Positions 1-13,988 of a DNA stretch of 64,000 nt are shown piece after piece (position 1 is the first letter of the stretch; each line of letters opens with the position of its first letter). Source of the DNA: the human T2T-CHM13v2.0 reference genome, Homo sapiens; NCBI RefSeq assembly GCF_009914755.1, contig NC_060930.1. One strand, written 5' to 3'. The position numbers were made by a program, and so were the translations under genes. Below the pieces are notes generated by a model. It worked only from the letters and a program-made list of their open reading frames with translations, ran no database searches and was not told the origin of the DNA.

Positions 1-111
1 GAGCCTACATTCACAGATTCTGAGGGTCTGTGACCCAGGAATCTGCATTTTAAGAGGCACTTCAAGTAATTATGATGCAAATGGTCCAAGAATTCCACTG
101 AAAAATACTGG
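1..111. mobile_element. MER5-like hAT-Charlie MITE fragment
   Basis: Motifs 'cccaggaatctgcattttaa...ttatgatgca...tgaaaaatactg' resemble the MER5A/B consensus. Confidence 0.6.
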
Positions 112-386
112 TGTGTCTGCAGAATATTGGGGAATTCCTCAGCAAGGTGTCTGTTTTCGGGATGATCTGGGGGCCCTCATCTTGAAGCCTTTGCCTTGGG
201 TTTATCTGTACATACTCAGAAGGGATTTCTCTTATTTCTCATGTTTGTCTGCATGCCATGCAAGGGGCTTACACTCAATAGGTGCTTAGTGGAAATGTGC
301 TGGCCTGCCCTACGTGCAGAAAACCATGATTCTGCAGGTGAATGGGCTGGAGTGTAAGCAGTCTTTTATTTTCTTTTTTTAAATAG

Positions 387-777
387 CAATGCAGAGTCCT
401 CAGAGAAGAGATTCAGAATGAACAGCTTTGTGTCAGACTTTGGAAGACCTCTGGAGCCAGATAAAGTATTTTCTCGCCAAGGCAACGAGGAGTCCAGGTC
501 TCTCTTTCACTGCTACATCAATGAGGTGGAACGCTTGGACAGAGCCAAAGCTTGTCACCAGACCACAGCCCTTGACAGTGACGTCCAACTCCAGGAAGCC
601 ATCAGAAGCAGTGGGCAGCCAGAGGAGGAGCTGAACAGGCTCATGAAGTTTGACATCCCCAACTTTGTGAACACAGACCAGAACTACTTTGGGGAGGATG
701 ATCTTCTGATTTCTGAACCACCTATTGTTCTGGAAACTAAGCCACTTTCCCAGACCTCACACAAAGACCTGGATTGA
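387..777 (+). CDS. MRAP2: Melanocortin-2 receptor accessory protein 2, terminal coding exon (C-terminal domain)
   Basis: Polypyrimidine tract and AG acceptor at 385-386. After one phase base it reads NAESSEKRFRMNSFVSDFGRPLEPDKVFSRQGNEESRSLFHCYINEVERLD...SQTSHKDLD, stop TGA 775-777. Matches the recalled MRAP2 C-terminus; ATG418 = M87 gives a 205-aa protein. Confidence 0.96.
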
Positions 778-869
778 GAAACATGCTCTGTAAAGGGTCT
801 TCCTGAAGATGTGGATTCTATCTTTATGTAGCAAGAAATCTACATCCACCAAAATTGTGTGTGTTTGGG

Positions 870-910
870 GGAGAGAGAGACATAGAGATAGAGACAGAGA
901 GGCAGAGAAG
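870..910. repeat. GA-rich simple repeat
   Basis: gagagagagacatagagatagagacagagaggcagag. Confidence 0.7.
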
Positions 911-1018
911 AGACCCCTTTAGAAGAGAGCTGAGCTGATTAAGCTGAGTGGTTTTTTGTTTTGTTTTGTTTTTGCTTTTTAATACATTTGGAGCTTTGGG
1001 AGTATTAAAGTATTTACA

Positions 1019-1232
1019 CCAAGCTTGTCCAACCCGTGGCATGTGTCCCAGGACAGCTTTGAATGTGGCCCAATACAAATTTTAAACTTTATTAAAACAT
1101 GAGTTTTGTTTTTTTTTTTGCTATTTTTTTTAAAGCTCGTCAGCTATCGTTAGTGTTAGTGTACTTTATGTGTGGCCCAAGACAACTCTTCTTCCAGTGT
1201 GGCACAGGGAAGCTAAAAGATTGGACACCTCT
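1019..1232. mobile_element. MER30-like hAT MITE in the MRAP2 3' UTR
   Basis: Terminal inverted motifs 'tgtccaa' / 'ttggaca' and body 'ctttgaatgtggcccaa...tgtggcccaagacaactcttcttccagtgtggc' typical of MER30. Confidence 0.8.
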
Positions 1233-1314
1233 GATTTATACTAGCTCGTTTTGCTTGTTGAAAAATTTGGCCAAATACCTATTGTCAGCATTCTTGGGTG
1301 AGGATTAGCCTACC

Positions 1315-1425
1315 ATGTTCTAATCTGGCCCTGCCACTACTATGCTCTACCTTTGGTGAGTTGCTTTACCTCTCTGGGCTGCCCCATTTTTAACTGTAGG
1401 TTGACAGGTCTAGAGTGATCCATCC
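1315..1425. mobile_element. MIR fragment
   Basis: Core-like 'ttctaatctggccctgccactact...ttgctttacctctctgggct'. Confidence 0.55.
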
Positions 1426-2157
1426 CACCTCTAATATTTTGTGAATTTATGACTTTGCCTTCAGATGAGGCTGAGCTATACATAAAACAGTATAAACTAG
1501 GGTACTGCCTCGTATCTCTTGTAGGCTCTCTCAAATCTCTGTACCTTCCACTTAACCCTAATTGAGCCAAGCTTTAGTCAGGGGATCTGGTTGTCTACCA
1601 GAATGTCAGGAGACTCATCTTACACAGTCATGGTGGCCAATGTTTCTGGTGGGTTGTGCTGAAACAGCTCTTCTGAGAACTTCCAACCACCCATGCTCTA
1701 ACCTGGAGACAGCCATCCCCTGCCTCAGAATAAGTACCAATTCGTAGTACATGTATGGTACTCTTGTCCCCAAGAAATGTTAGGAAGCTTGTCAGCTGAA
1801 TGAGAGGAGGTGCCTTCTGGGTATCTCTGTGTTGGTGTATCTGTGCCATTGGCTACAGAACAAGAAAAATACTATTTGCCATGCTATTACCTTGGCAGAT
1901 GTGTAGGTGATAGTCATCTGGCTTTGAGCTGAGATGGTCAGTGGGTTGTAAATTCCCCACTAGCAGATATTCAGGGTGGCCTGAGTTATGTAAACAAGTG
2001 AGCAACACAGCTTTAATTTCATGGAGGAATCAAAGCTGCACACTGGTATTAAAACAACTTGATTTTGCGCACACAGTTGCATGCATGGCAAGCTGTTAAC
2101 CTCTGGGTGGCATTTTCATTATGAATTTGTTCACCACCTGTCTTGCTTAAGCTACAA

Positions 2158-2163
2158 AATAAA
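2158..2163 (+). terminator. Candidate MRAP2 polyadenylation signal AATAAA
   Basis: AATAAA followed about 25 nt later by a T/GT-rich stretch. Confidence 0.7.
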
Positions 2164-2535
2164 TGCATTTGACTGCACAGAAATTTCCTCTGGTTCTTTA
2201 TTTTCACACATCCAATTTTTTGTTTCCCAAAAAGTTGTACCATGTTTATAATGTCTCCTAACTTCTTGGAGTAGGCAGTGCTGACTGTACCATCTCTGGG
2301 ATTCTGGTGATCTGAGCCATGCATGAGATTTAGGGATTATTTCGCTAAAAGAAATCCCTTTTCTATTGTGTATTTTAAAGAAAATATCATTCTTTAAGAC
2401 TCTAAATAGTAAAACAAAGCATGGAATTTTTTTGTAATTAAAGCTACTTTAACATATTTTTTATAAATAGATGCTATTTTCATGAATTTTTTATGCAAGA
2501 GAGCAAGAGTATTAAAGAATGCTGAGTTTGTTAAC

Positions 2536-2840
<305 letters not shown>

Positions 2841-3922
2841 TAATATGAGTATGATTATTCATAATTTATTTAATGAAATATAAATCATGGGCTATTATTA
2901 AAGTTCACAGCTACTTAAGTGGTATCTTATTTAGAAGTAGATTTATTGATCAGAAGATTGAAAGATACTTAAACGTCAGACAAATACCCATGACTATATC
3001 ATCATTTTTATGAACTAAATGTTAAGAACTGTGAATGGTCCAAGATTTTGCCCCTTCTGCAAATCAGCTTGCCATAGTCTCATGGATGCTGCCAGAAGAC
3101 ACAAGAGTCTTGGGTCAGAGACAAAAATCTTCATTACAGCACAGCAGGCCACATATGCTTCATGCTCATGTTGGTTCCTGAGTTTGTTTCCTACTGCTGT
3201 TGTAACGAATTACCACAAATTTAGTGACTTAGAGCAACACAAATTTATTCTCTTCCAGTTCTAGAGTAGACAAGTCTAAAATCAGTTTCAGTGGGCTAAA
3301 ATCAAGGTGTTAGCACAGCAGCATTCCATCTGGAGGCTCTCAGGATTAATCAGTTTTCTTGCCTTTTCTATCTTCCAGGGGTTGCTCCCACTCTGTGGCT
3401 CCTCTTCTTCCACTTTACATCTCTGTCTTTAACCATCCTGCTTCTCTCTTATAAGGACCTTTGTGATTACATTGGGTTACCTAAGATGATCTCCCCATCT
3501 TGAGATCCTTCATTTAATCACATCTGTAAAGTGTGTGCCTTTTGCCACATAAGGCTACATATTGACAGGTTTCAGGGATTAGGATGTGGACATGCTTGGG
3601 GAACCATTAGCCTGCTAGTCTTCCCTTTGGCCCCAAAGGTTTATATCCATTCTATATGCACAATACATACACCCCATCCCAATATACTCCACAGTCTCAA
3701 TTCATTATAGAATCAATTCAAAGTCACATGTATTACCTAAATCTTATCAGCTTAAAAGTCCCAAATCTTATTATCTTAACCATCTAATTTCAGTATTAGT
3801 GAGATCCTGGGTATGATTCATCCTGGGGAAAAACTCTCCATCTGTGGACCTGTAAAACTAGAAAATAAGTTATTTTCTCCCAAAATACAATGATGTGACC
3901 GACATAAGATACTAGTTACTAA

Positions 3923-4161
3923 TAGTTGTCTTTCAGTATATGCAGGGGATTGGTTCCAGGCCCCCTGTATACACCAAAATCCTAGCATACTTAAGTTCCA
4001 CAGTAGGTCCTGCAGAACCCGTGTATATGAAAATTAGCTCTCCGTATAGGTGGGTTTCGCATCCCAAGAATACTGTATTTTCAATCCCCATTTGGTTGAA
4101 AAAAAATCTGCATACAAGTGGACACGTGCAGTTCAACCCTATGTTGTTCAAGGATCAACCG
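3923..4161. mobile_element. MER8 (TcMar-Tigger MITE)
   Basis: Near full-length match to recalled MER8 ('agttgtc...ggggattggttccagg...gttgttcaaggatcaaccg'), followed by TA. Confidence 0.85.
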
Positions 4162-4461
4162 TATTCCCATTCCAAAAAGGAGAAAATGGAAGGAAAAAAT
4201 GAATCATCAGTCCCCAAAATAACAAATCCTTCAAACTGGGAAAACTGTTAAGCTGCAAGGCCTGGAAATAGTCTTTTGTGACTTCTGGCTACATTCTCTG
4301 GGCCTGAAGCTCCACTCTTGGAATCATCTTTTCTTTTTCTTGAAAGGTACAATGTGTTTTTAGCTGAGTAGTTTTATCAGCCTTTTTTTCTGCATGTAGA
4401 ATTTTGGGAGTCTGATAGCCTTCATTTATCTTGCCCTCACTCTGTCCATTTCAGTTGAAGT

Positions 4462-5302
4462 TGTTATCAGTGCCCTGGGTTCTTGTAATCTTCCAGTATA
4501 GACATCAAGAGAGATCACCAAACATAGGAGCAAAGAGAAAGAGAGAGAATAGGGCAAGAAAAATAGAGAGAGAGAAAGAAAAAGGGAATGGGGACTTATC
4601 CTATGTAGGAACTTGACTCACCGAGGCACCAGGGTGAAACAATGGTGCAGCTGCCTTGGTTTGTGCCTGGTCAGCCATCTCTGTCGTCTGGGCTGTGCCA
4701 TTTGCTCCCACAGGACCCTAAAATGAGGGTTCTATCTGGAGTGCCATGAGATGTAATCAGCACCCTGGGTTCTTGTAATCTTCCAGGATGGAAATACAGA
4801 TCACCAGACATAACAGCAAAGAGAAAGAGAAAGCTTTATTTTAGCTTGTACACAAGGAAGTCAGCACTGCACAAGGAAAAGGGCAGGCTGCTCCCTGAGG
4901 GTAGTATGTGAGTCAGTTTTACAGGGCCTTTCCATAGATAAGTGTTTTATCAGGGCATGTATAGGAGGAGTTTCTCTAGCGCTTGGGCAGTGGCTTCACA
5001 TGCTTCTTTGTACATCACATGTCACAATACATTTTAAATCTCCACCCCTGGTAGTGACTTAGTGACTTTTAGCATTAAAATGAGGAAGGGGTAGCTATGA
5101 GTTGAAGTTTAAGTCTAAGTATGCATATGGGGCCTCAGGGAAGTCCCTAATCCCTTAAAGCAGGAACTTGCGGTTAACAGCTTCTTGGATCTTCTTTTGC
5201 TGATTGGCTGGAAGTTAGGTAAGCTACAACTTGAGTAAGGAGCTTTTGTTCTTTTTCTCTAAACCACTCCAAAACAGAAAACGAACCAGCCTGGCTGTCT
5301 CA
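4462..5302 (-). mobile_element. Internally deleted ERV1 provirus: 5' LTR 5302-4752, PBS about 4729-4746, short leader, terminal 85 bp or so of the 3' LTR
   Basis: TG...CA ends on the minus strand; 4-bp TSD AAGT at 4458-4461 and 5303-5306; LTR-end sequence repeated at 4462-4545 and 4752-4832; TGGCAC PBS-like motif just after the LTR. Confidence 0.75.
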
Positions 5303-5994
5303 AAGTTGGCAGTGTTTCTGCTGGTATAACATTTTCAAGAACTAGGGTGTCTCCTGGATATATCACAGAAACTTACTACATTAGGCAAGAGGCTCTTCTG
5401 TGGATCACTCCTGAATAACCCTATCTCTATTCCTAGTTAGTACTTAAATGGATAAAATGATCCATGAGTCACACTCCTAATTTTTTCAGAGAGCCCCCCG
5501 TGTGATTTAATACTCTTTTTGTTTCTTTTGAGACAATAGCAAAGGTTGCCTAGTCACAGTCCTTGGCTTTCTCTCCAGAGCATGCTTTCCTGATGATGAA
5601 TCTCCTAATTTTAGTGTTTTTGCAATATAATTGGCTGAGAATTTCCCAAATCATCAATCCTGATTCCTCTTCACTTAAAGTTCTTCCCTCCATTTTTCTT
5701 TCCTCTTGCATTTTACTATCAGTAGCAAGAAGAAACCAGGCCTCATCTTTAACATTTTGCTTGGAAATCCTCTCAGCTAAATATTCAACTTTATTATTTA
5801 CAGATTTTGCTTTCTACATAATTGCAGGGCACAATTCACCTAAGCTTTCTGCTGCTATGTAACAAGGATCTCCTTTTCTCCAGTTTCCAATAACATGTTC
5901 CTCATTTCCATTTTAATTTTCATCTGCAGTACCTTTAGTATCCATATTTCTACCAATAGTCTGTTCATGATGATTTAGATAGTTCATAAGATAA

Positions 5995-6189
<195 letters not shown>

Positions 6190-7877
6190 TGAGTCCTCAC
6201 TTAGAGTTGTTCACATCCATATTCCTACTAACAGGCTACTCAAGGCAATCTAGTCAGTTTATATCATGTTCTTCAATATTCTACCAGCCACTGCCCATTG
6301 CCAACTCCACATTTTTAGTTGTGTTTTGTTTTTTTACAACAGCAATAGAAATTAATATAGTTCCTCTTGCCTCCAGGTCTCACAGTGTGGAGAAGCAAGG
6401 GCTCAAGGAGATGCTGTGCACACAGTGGGTTGGCATCATGGCTGAGGAACCCTGAGCTTAGGGGAACCCTGTGTTTTGACAATGGGTTGCAAGCAAACCT
6501 CCCTGGCCTTTACCTCAGAAGGAGATATTATCTTTGTTATGCTGGATAGTAAATAAACCTGCTCTATGCTCCAGAGGGAGACACTATCTCCATCTTCCAA
6601 GGCTGTTCACTTTGCAAACATTGTTGAATAGACAGCTGAGACAAAGGCTGTCAGTTTTCCCCTGCTCACTTTACATGCAGAAACCTGAGAGGCCTTTGGA
6701 AACTGCCTCCCAAACCTAAAATGATCAAAGAGTATATTGCATAAGTCACTGGGGATTTTTGAAAAAGAGGCAACTTTGAAGAAGTTGTGAAAAGAATGCA
6801 GGTGACTTTTTAAATGCCTGAATTTCTCTTTTAGAGATATACAACCACCTCAGGTTAAATTCAATGGATTTTTTCCCTTCTGAAAGCTGCCAAGACTTTG
6901 CCAAAATATATACTGTGTATGTGAGCTATTTTATTACCTACTGAAAAATTGTCTATTATTGGTAGAACAATAATCCATCCTGTCACCCAGAAAAGATGTG
7001 TAGTAGAAATAGAAAGTCTTTATGTCTAGGCCAGGCTTTTAGATATATTGAGAGAGGCGACTTCAGGCAGCCTGTGATCAGAGGTGTTGAGTTGGCAGCT
7101 TGTGCTGATTCTCGAGGCAGATGTGTGTGAGTGGCACAGAGAAAATATTCTTGTCTTTCTATGGAGTTGGAGCTTTTGAATAAATTTTGCAGAAAACTTG
7201 GGATCCTCAGCTAAGAACAATCCTTGGGAAGTTCATCTGCAACTGTATACCTAGTGAGAGGTCTCCAGAGAAATACGCCTGCCTTGGGAAGAATGTGTGT
7301 ACATTTTAAGGAAACATAGTTCATAAAATCCATACTGGAGAGAGAGGTATTTACATTTCTAGGATCTTTTCCACCTGTTCTCTATGGAGTAAAGTTTTTT
7401 CTTCCTCATGTTTTGCCTCTTTATCCTGTATATAAACAGAGAAACTCTGTTTTTCTCCATCCCTCGTCTAGGATACAGATGTTGTATGTATAGGAGATTT
7501 TAACCTAGTTTGCAATGTTACTTCAGGGGTAGAATTGGGACGTGAGGGACCATGTGGTTATGGATGGCTTTTAAAATGAATAATGAGAATCTGAACCTAC
7601 CCAGATAACCTTGGGTATACATTTATGATAAAATTAATAAAGACAAATGTTAAAAATTTAACACAAATGTTGTTCGACTTCATTCCAAAAACACCTCATT
7701 AGATAGCAGAATAGTGTCAAGTGTAAGTGTAGTACAAGTTGGCCCACACAGTACCCACAGACCCTATGACCTACCAGTGTGAGTTTGAAAGCACCAGCCT
7801 TTGACTTCAAGTGAAATGTATGCGAATGACTTGCATTAAAGAAATAATAAATTCAGAGATAATTATGATAACAACAG

Positions 7878-8235
7878 TGTCATAGGTTGTGTTCCATAAA
7901 AGCCTGAAAAGATTTATTGTAGGTGAGCTATAAGAAGGGGAATGATGGAAGCAGTTAGAGCAGGGGAAAAGCCACCAAGAATGTCATCTCAGCTGCAGAC
8001 TGGCCACATTCTGATCTCACAGGAAGTTCTGGGGCACAAATTGCACTACAGAATCAGTCCCATCCTGAGGCAGGGGCATGATCTTTTGTTGCCCCAAGCC
8101 AGTCAGGGTAAGATGGCTTCTGCTTTGATCAAGGGTAATTCTTGAGAGAAGAAGGTGCTGGTTAACATCCCTAGCAGCTGGGAACAGGCATTGGCTAGTA
8201 AAGGACCCTGTGTGGGCACTAGCAGCATGCATTAC
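7878..8235. mobile_element. Old ERVL-type solo LTR (LTR16/LTR33-like)
   Basis: TG...ACA ends and degenerate LTR16-type motifs. Confidence 0.4.
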
Positions 8236-8309
8236 AAACAATAACAGGTGACATTTATTAGGCACTAAGCTACCCCTGTCCTAAATTAATTTTTGTAAGC
8301 CTACTATGA

Positions 8310-8470
8310 GAACTTTCAACAGAGAGGTCTAAGTGATCCTTTAAATATCATAAGTCGGGTTACTTCTCTGTTCAAAATCCTTCAATGGCTTCCCATTTCA
8401 TGCAGTGAAAAAGCCACAGTCCTTATGATGACCTGAAAGCTCTACATGATCTATGTCCTACTCTCCTGCC
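8310..8470 (+). mobile_element. L2 fragment
   Basis: 'ttcaaaatccttcaatggcttcccatt...agtccttatgatgacc' L2 3' motif. Confidence 0.6.
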
Positions 8471-10716
8471 CATCACAGAAGCAGCCCTTCCAATAACTTT
8501 TATATGTGTGTGTGTGGTGGGGTAGGGCAGGGTGGTCTTAGTAAGCCAAGAGTCATTACATCTGGGATGAGCCCTTTTCCTGAATAGATACGAGCCCACT
8601 CTTTTCAGGGCACTGTGTTGTCAGCTCACAAGCTTACGATTGTGGCTTTAAGTTTCCTCTTTATTTTTGTCACCTGGAAACTTCACTTTCCTTCATGCTT
8701 AGCTCTATATTACTTTTGTTGTTGTATTTTATCCAACATTACTAAAAGTTTTATTTAAGAGGGATTCAAATTATCTCAGTTCACTGTGTTTCCAGAACTG
8801 GAAACATGTTATTTATTCAGTATTAGAATACCTGTTTGATCCTTCTTAAAAATGTATTTAGTATATTTCTCTGGTGAAAATCTTTGTCTTTTCATCTATT
8901 TTGTCCATCATTTCCTCTAAGCTCTTAAAATATTGCAATTAATTAGTTTATAGTTTTTATAAAAAGACTCTACTAACTCTAATGCCTAAATAATCTGTGG
9001 ATTTGCATCTATTGTTTAATGTTTCTTATTCTTATATTATTAATCATATGGTCTTGACATTTCACATGTCTAGACATTTTTTATTATTTGGCAGACATTG
9101 TATATGAAAAATCCATTGATACAACATGGGAAATTATCTTCCATGAGAGATGTATTCCTCTTTCCTCTGTTAAGTAGATAGGGCTAGAGGCTGATTATCT
9201 CAGTCGAATCAGGCATTGAAGTGGGTCAGGACTGAATTGCATTTTTAAAATAACTTTGAGATATAATTGACAAAATAATTTTTACATATTTGAAGTGCAC
9301 AATTTAATACATTTTGACACAGTATACAGTCAAGAAACCATCACCACAATCAAGATAATAAACATGTCCATCATCCATAAAAATTATGATGCCCTTTTAT
9401 AATCCCTCCCTCCCATCCCTTTCTCTGAAACTACAGATCTGCTTTGCATTACAACAGATCAGTCCATATTTTCATGGTATTTATATAAGTGAAATCATGC
9501 AGTACATACTCTGTTTTGCCTGGCTTCTTTCATTCAGCGTAATTATTTTGAGATTCGTCCATGTTGTTGTGTGTATCAATAGTTCATTCTTTTCATTGCT
9601 GAGTAGTGTTTCATTGTGTGGCTATACATACCATAATTTGCTTATCTATTTATTTGTTGATGGATATTTGGGTTACTTATAATTTTGGCTATTGTAAATA
9701 AATATTTTCTATGAATATTTGCTGTAAATATTCATTTATAAGTCTTCATGTGAACATGTGCTTCTACTTGTTTAAGTTCCTAGAAGAGGAATGTCTGGGT
9801 CATATGGTAGGTAGGCATTTGTCTTTTTAAGAAACTGCTAAACAGTTTTCCAAAATGGTTGTATGATTTTAACTTTCTCATAGTGTATGTGAATTCTGGT
9901 TGCTCCACTTCCTTTCCAACATATTGTAACATCAGTCTTTTAAATTGTATTCATTCTAATATGCATGTGTAGTAGTATGTCATTTTTCAATTGCATTTCT
10001 CTAATGGTATTCAGCATTTTTTCATATGCTTATTTTTCATCAGTATATCTTTAGCAAAGTGCCTTTCAAGTCTTTGTCCCATTGTTTTATTAGGGAATTT
10101 GTTTTATTGTTGTTTTGAGAGTTCTTTATATTCTGTAAATATAAGTTATTTATCAGATATAGGATCTGCAAATAGTTTCTCTCAGTTTGTGGGTTGTCTT
10201 TTCATATCCTTAACAGTGTCTTCAAAGGACAGAAATTCTTCATTTTGGTGAACTCTAATCCATAATTTTTTTAATAGATATCATGCTTTTAGTGTCATAT
10301 GAAAGAAATCTTTGCCAAACCCAAGGTCATAAAGGTATAATCCTATGCTTTTTTTTTCTAGAAGTTCTATAGTTTCAGATTTTCATTAAGGTTCGTGATT
10401 CATTTTGAGTTTTTTTCTTAAACATGGTGTGAGATCACCATGATCTTTTTAATGAGAGATCAAAAAAGATCCTTTTCTTTTTTTTTTTTTTTTGCTTATG
10501 GATATCTAATCGTTCCAGCATGGTTTGGTGAAAAGATCTTTTCTCCAGTGTATTGCCTCTGCAACTTTACTGAAAATCAGTTGTCTATATATGTGTTGGC
10601 TTTATTTATTTTTTATTTTTAAATTTTTTTTACAATTCTGGACATTCTATTCACCTGTTTGACACTCATTCCACACTTCTTGTTTATTATAGCTTTAGAA
10701 GTCTTGAAATCAGTAG

Positions 10717-11128
10717 TAATATAGTCTGGATATTTGCCCCCTCCAAATCTCATGTTTAAATGTAACCTCCGATGTTGGAGTTGGGCCTAGTGGAAGGTGT
10801 TTGGGTCATCAGGGCAGATTCCTCATGAATGGCTGTCCTCACAGTAATGAGTGAGTTCTCTAAGAGTTCACATGAGAGCTGGATATTTAAAGGAGCCTGG
10901 CACCTCCTCCTCTCCTTCTTGCTCCCTCTCTCAGCATGTGATGCACCTGCTCCCCCTGTGCCTTCTCCATGAGTGAAAGCTCCCTGAGGCCTCACCAGAA
11001 GCTGAGCAGATGCTGGTGCCACACTTGTGCAGCCTGAATAACTTAACTGTGAGCCAAACAAACCTCCTTTCTTTATAAATTACCTACTCTCAGGTATTCC
11101 TTTGTACTAATGCAAATGGATTAATACA
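10717..11128 (+). mobile_element. MSTA/MSTB solo LTR
   Basis: 'ccctccaaatctcatgtttaaatgtaacc...gctccctgaggcctcaccagaagctgagcagatgctggtgcc...ttaataca'. Confidence 0.85.
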
Positions 11129-11158
11129 GATAGTGTATATCTTCTTCTTCTCTCTCTC

Positions 11159-11455
11159 TTTTTTTTTTTTTTATTTGAGACAGATTCTTGCTCTGTTCCC
11201 CAGGGGAGTATAGTGGTGGGATCTTGGCTCATTGCAAACTCCACCTCTTGGGTTCAAGCGATTCTCCCGCCTCAGCCTTCTGAGAGCTGGGATTACAGGC
11301 GCATGCCCCCATGCCCAGCAAATTTTTACATTTTTAGTAGGGATGGGGTTTTGCCATGTTGGCCAGGCTGATCTCGAACTCCTGGCCCCAAGTGATCCAC
11401 TTGCCTTGGCCTCCCAAAGTGCTGGGAATACAGACATGAGCCACCATACCCAGCC
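11159..11455 (-). mobile_element. AluS element
   Basis: Full reverse Alu dimer with poly-T. Confidence 0.95.
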
Positions 11456-11544
11456 AAGTCTTCTAATGTTGTTCTTCCTGTTTATTTTTGTTTTGACTAT
11501 TTGGCATCCTTTGCATTTCTATATGAATTTTAGAATCAGTTTTT

Positions 11545-11862
11545 TATTTTTATTTTTATTTGTTTATTTGGTTTTTGAGACAGGGTCTCACTCTGTCACC
11601 CAGGCTGGAATGCAGTGGAACAATCGTGGCTCACTGCAGCCTCAACTTCCCTGGGCTCAAGCCATCTTCCCACCTCAGCCTCCTGGGTTGCTGAGACTGC
11701 AGGCACCTGCCACCACACCTACCTAATTTTTTTCTTGTATTTTGTAGAGACAGCATTTCGCCATGTTGTCCAGGCTGGTCTTGAACTCCTGGGCTCAAGC
11801 AATCCACCTGCTTCAGCCTCCTGAAGTGCTGAAATTACAGGTGTGAGCCAACATGCCTGGCC
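11545..11862 (-). mobile_element. AluJ element
   Basis: 'gggctcaagc' J-type motifs; TSD AGAATCAGTTTTT at 11532-11544 and 11863-11875. Confidence 0.92.
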
Positions 11863-13493
11863 AGAATCAGTTTTTAAATTCCCTGTCTTACACCCTGTTC
11901 TCCCTAAATTCCACTCATTTCTTAAGATACAACTTGAAAGCTATATTTTTCAAAAAATGTGCTCTAGATCCCTGGAGAAAGAAATTTCTACTTTCTCTGT
12001 GCTCTCTTCACACTTCATAACATTTTTATTGCATATATTCACATTTGGCTATATGTACATGTCTGATCTTTTCTGCCACACAGTAAACCTTTCAAGATCA
12101 GGAATCTTGGTGTGTTCCATCTGTCTGCTTGAAAAACTAGTTTTATACTTTGCAGGAGTGAGCCCTGTATTAAGAGAGACCTGCAGAAGACATGTAGCTC
12201 ATTTCCTGCATATTGTCAAGGCATCCAGTAGATTTACAATTGTTTATTCTATTGTTTGATGTCTCCAAGATCTCTCAGTCTTTTATTATTTCTATTGACA
12301 CTAATGTACTTTCAAAGAATAATGGGATTATTATTTTCCAAATATCCAAACATACTCTAATTGACTTATGATGGTAACATGCAGCTGCATCTTAATGTAT
12401 TCATTGTTCACATCCTCCTTCATCCTTGAACTCTTGGAGGAATGTCACATCATTAAAGATATTGATATCTTTGGCTAGCAGTGCAATAGTACATCAACTC
12501 AGACCTACTGAATATACACTGGCCCTTTATCTTATTATTCTCAGGAAGATTATTTTCATGGAGTTTAATTATGTCCTTCTTAGGGAAGAAATTCAGCTTA
12601 GTGATCTGGCAGCATGGGAATACGTGTAGCCTGCTTTTTGTAGGGCCTAAATTGTTTCATACTTATTAGGGACAAATACAATACAGAAATTGTTTTAGCA
12701 TCTGACAAGTTAGCAGCATAACTATATGAGTAGGGAAATCAGCTTTCCCATCCCACTCAGGCATTATGCAAGTGTGACACTCACCTTGGGTAATGGTTTC
12801 CCCTGTGAGCAGTTTAAGGCTTCAGGACAGTTATGAATTTGGCTTTGTGTTTTTCTTCCTTAGTCTTTCCACATTGATTACACCTGGTGAGATTATATGA
12901 ATCCTGTTTATTTGCAGCATAGCACTAATCTTTACTAAAGCATCATATGTTTAAAAGCTAGTAGATAATTTGTTAGAAAATAGAAATGCTCTCAGATTTC
13001 ATCCTAAAGTAGAAACTTGATTAGTGGTTAAAGAAAATTTATATTAAAAAATTAAATACAGAGATATCAAAACAAAAAATGATTATTAGTTGATTCCATT
13101 AAATACTATAGCAGTCATTTGCCTTTAAGCCTATTTCTATGGAAGCTTTGCAATGCTTCTCTCTTAAATTCCATCAAAGTCCTGTGTCATTATCATCATT
13201 ATCTTCATCATCATGGAATTAATTGCTCTGGAATATCCCAGGGAATTAAAGAGTTGAACACACAGGGGATGTGTGTAAGTCAGTGTGTGTGCATGTATAC
13301 AATGAGAATAATAATAAGACATTAGATCTTGGATATATATTCCATTGAGAGAAGGATGTGATCAGGAAAACTTGGTGTGGTGAAAAAATAAAGCAGTAGG
13401 AGTGAGATGGTCAAATGGAAAGAAGTCATAGCAAAGGTGGTAGCAGAGTGGCATGGTTAAAAAATTCATAGAGCGGTTTGAAGGAAGGGGAGT

Positions 13494-13988
13494 GTTGTAG
13501 ACAAAATAATGCTACCCACCACTCACCCACCTATGTCCGCCTGTGAATATGTTATTTATTGGCAAAAGGGCCTTTGCAGATTAAGGACCTTGAGATGAGG
13601 AGACTGGAAAATGAGCTTGCATTATCCAGGTGGGCCCAATCTAATCACATGAGTGGGGCATAAAATCAGAGAAGCTGAGTTAGAGCTTGAGGGAGATGTG
13701 ACCATGGAAGAAGGCTCAGAGAGATGCAAAGTTGCTGGCTATGAAGATGGAGGAAGGGAGGCACAAGCCAAGGAATGTGAGTGGTTTCCAGAAGCTGGAA
13801 AAGGCAAGAAAACAGATTCTTTTCTAGAGCATCCAGAAAAGAGCACAGTCTTGCCGATACCTTGATTTTAGCCCAACAAGAACTGTGCTGGACATTTGAC
13901 CTACAGAACTGTAAGACGATAAGCTTGTGTTGTTTTAAGTCATTATGTTTGCTATAACTTGTTACAACAGCAATAGAAAACTAATATA
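13494..13988 (+). mobile_element. MLT1C/D solo LTR
   Basis: 'ggcaaaagggcctttgcagattaaggaccttgagatg...gaagctggaaaaggcaagaaaacagattc...gcaatagaaaactaata'. Confidence 0.85.

Larger units (their letters stand above)
778..2180 (+). other. MRAP2: MRAP2 3' UTR (inferred extent)
   Basis: Runs from the stop codon to an AATAAA at 2158-2163 followed by a T-rich downstream element. Confidence 0.75.
9245..11544 (-). mobile_element. L1MB-like 3' fragment, interrupted by an MST LTR and an Alu
   Basis: Reverse L1M 3' UTR/ORF2 motifs such as 'cttctttcattcagcgtaattattttgagattcgtccatgttgttg'. Confidence 0.75.

Noticed and set aside
418-777. Standalone 119-aa ORF as a novel small protein
   Set aside because: It is the in-frame tail of the MRAP2 last exon; the acceptor is at 385-386. 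Positions corresponding to N88, L115 and R125 carry the usual residues.
11171-12259. ORFs of 88-164 aa
   Set aside because: Translations of Alu and adjacent low-complexity sequence; no splice or domain support.
12300-12950. Apparently repeat-free stretch as a possible enhancer
   Set aside because: Nothing in the sequence alone supports a function; conservation or chromatin data would be needed.
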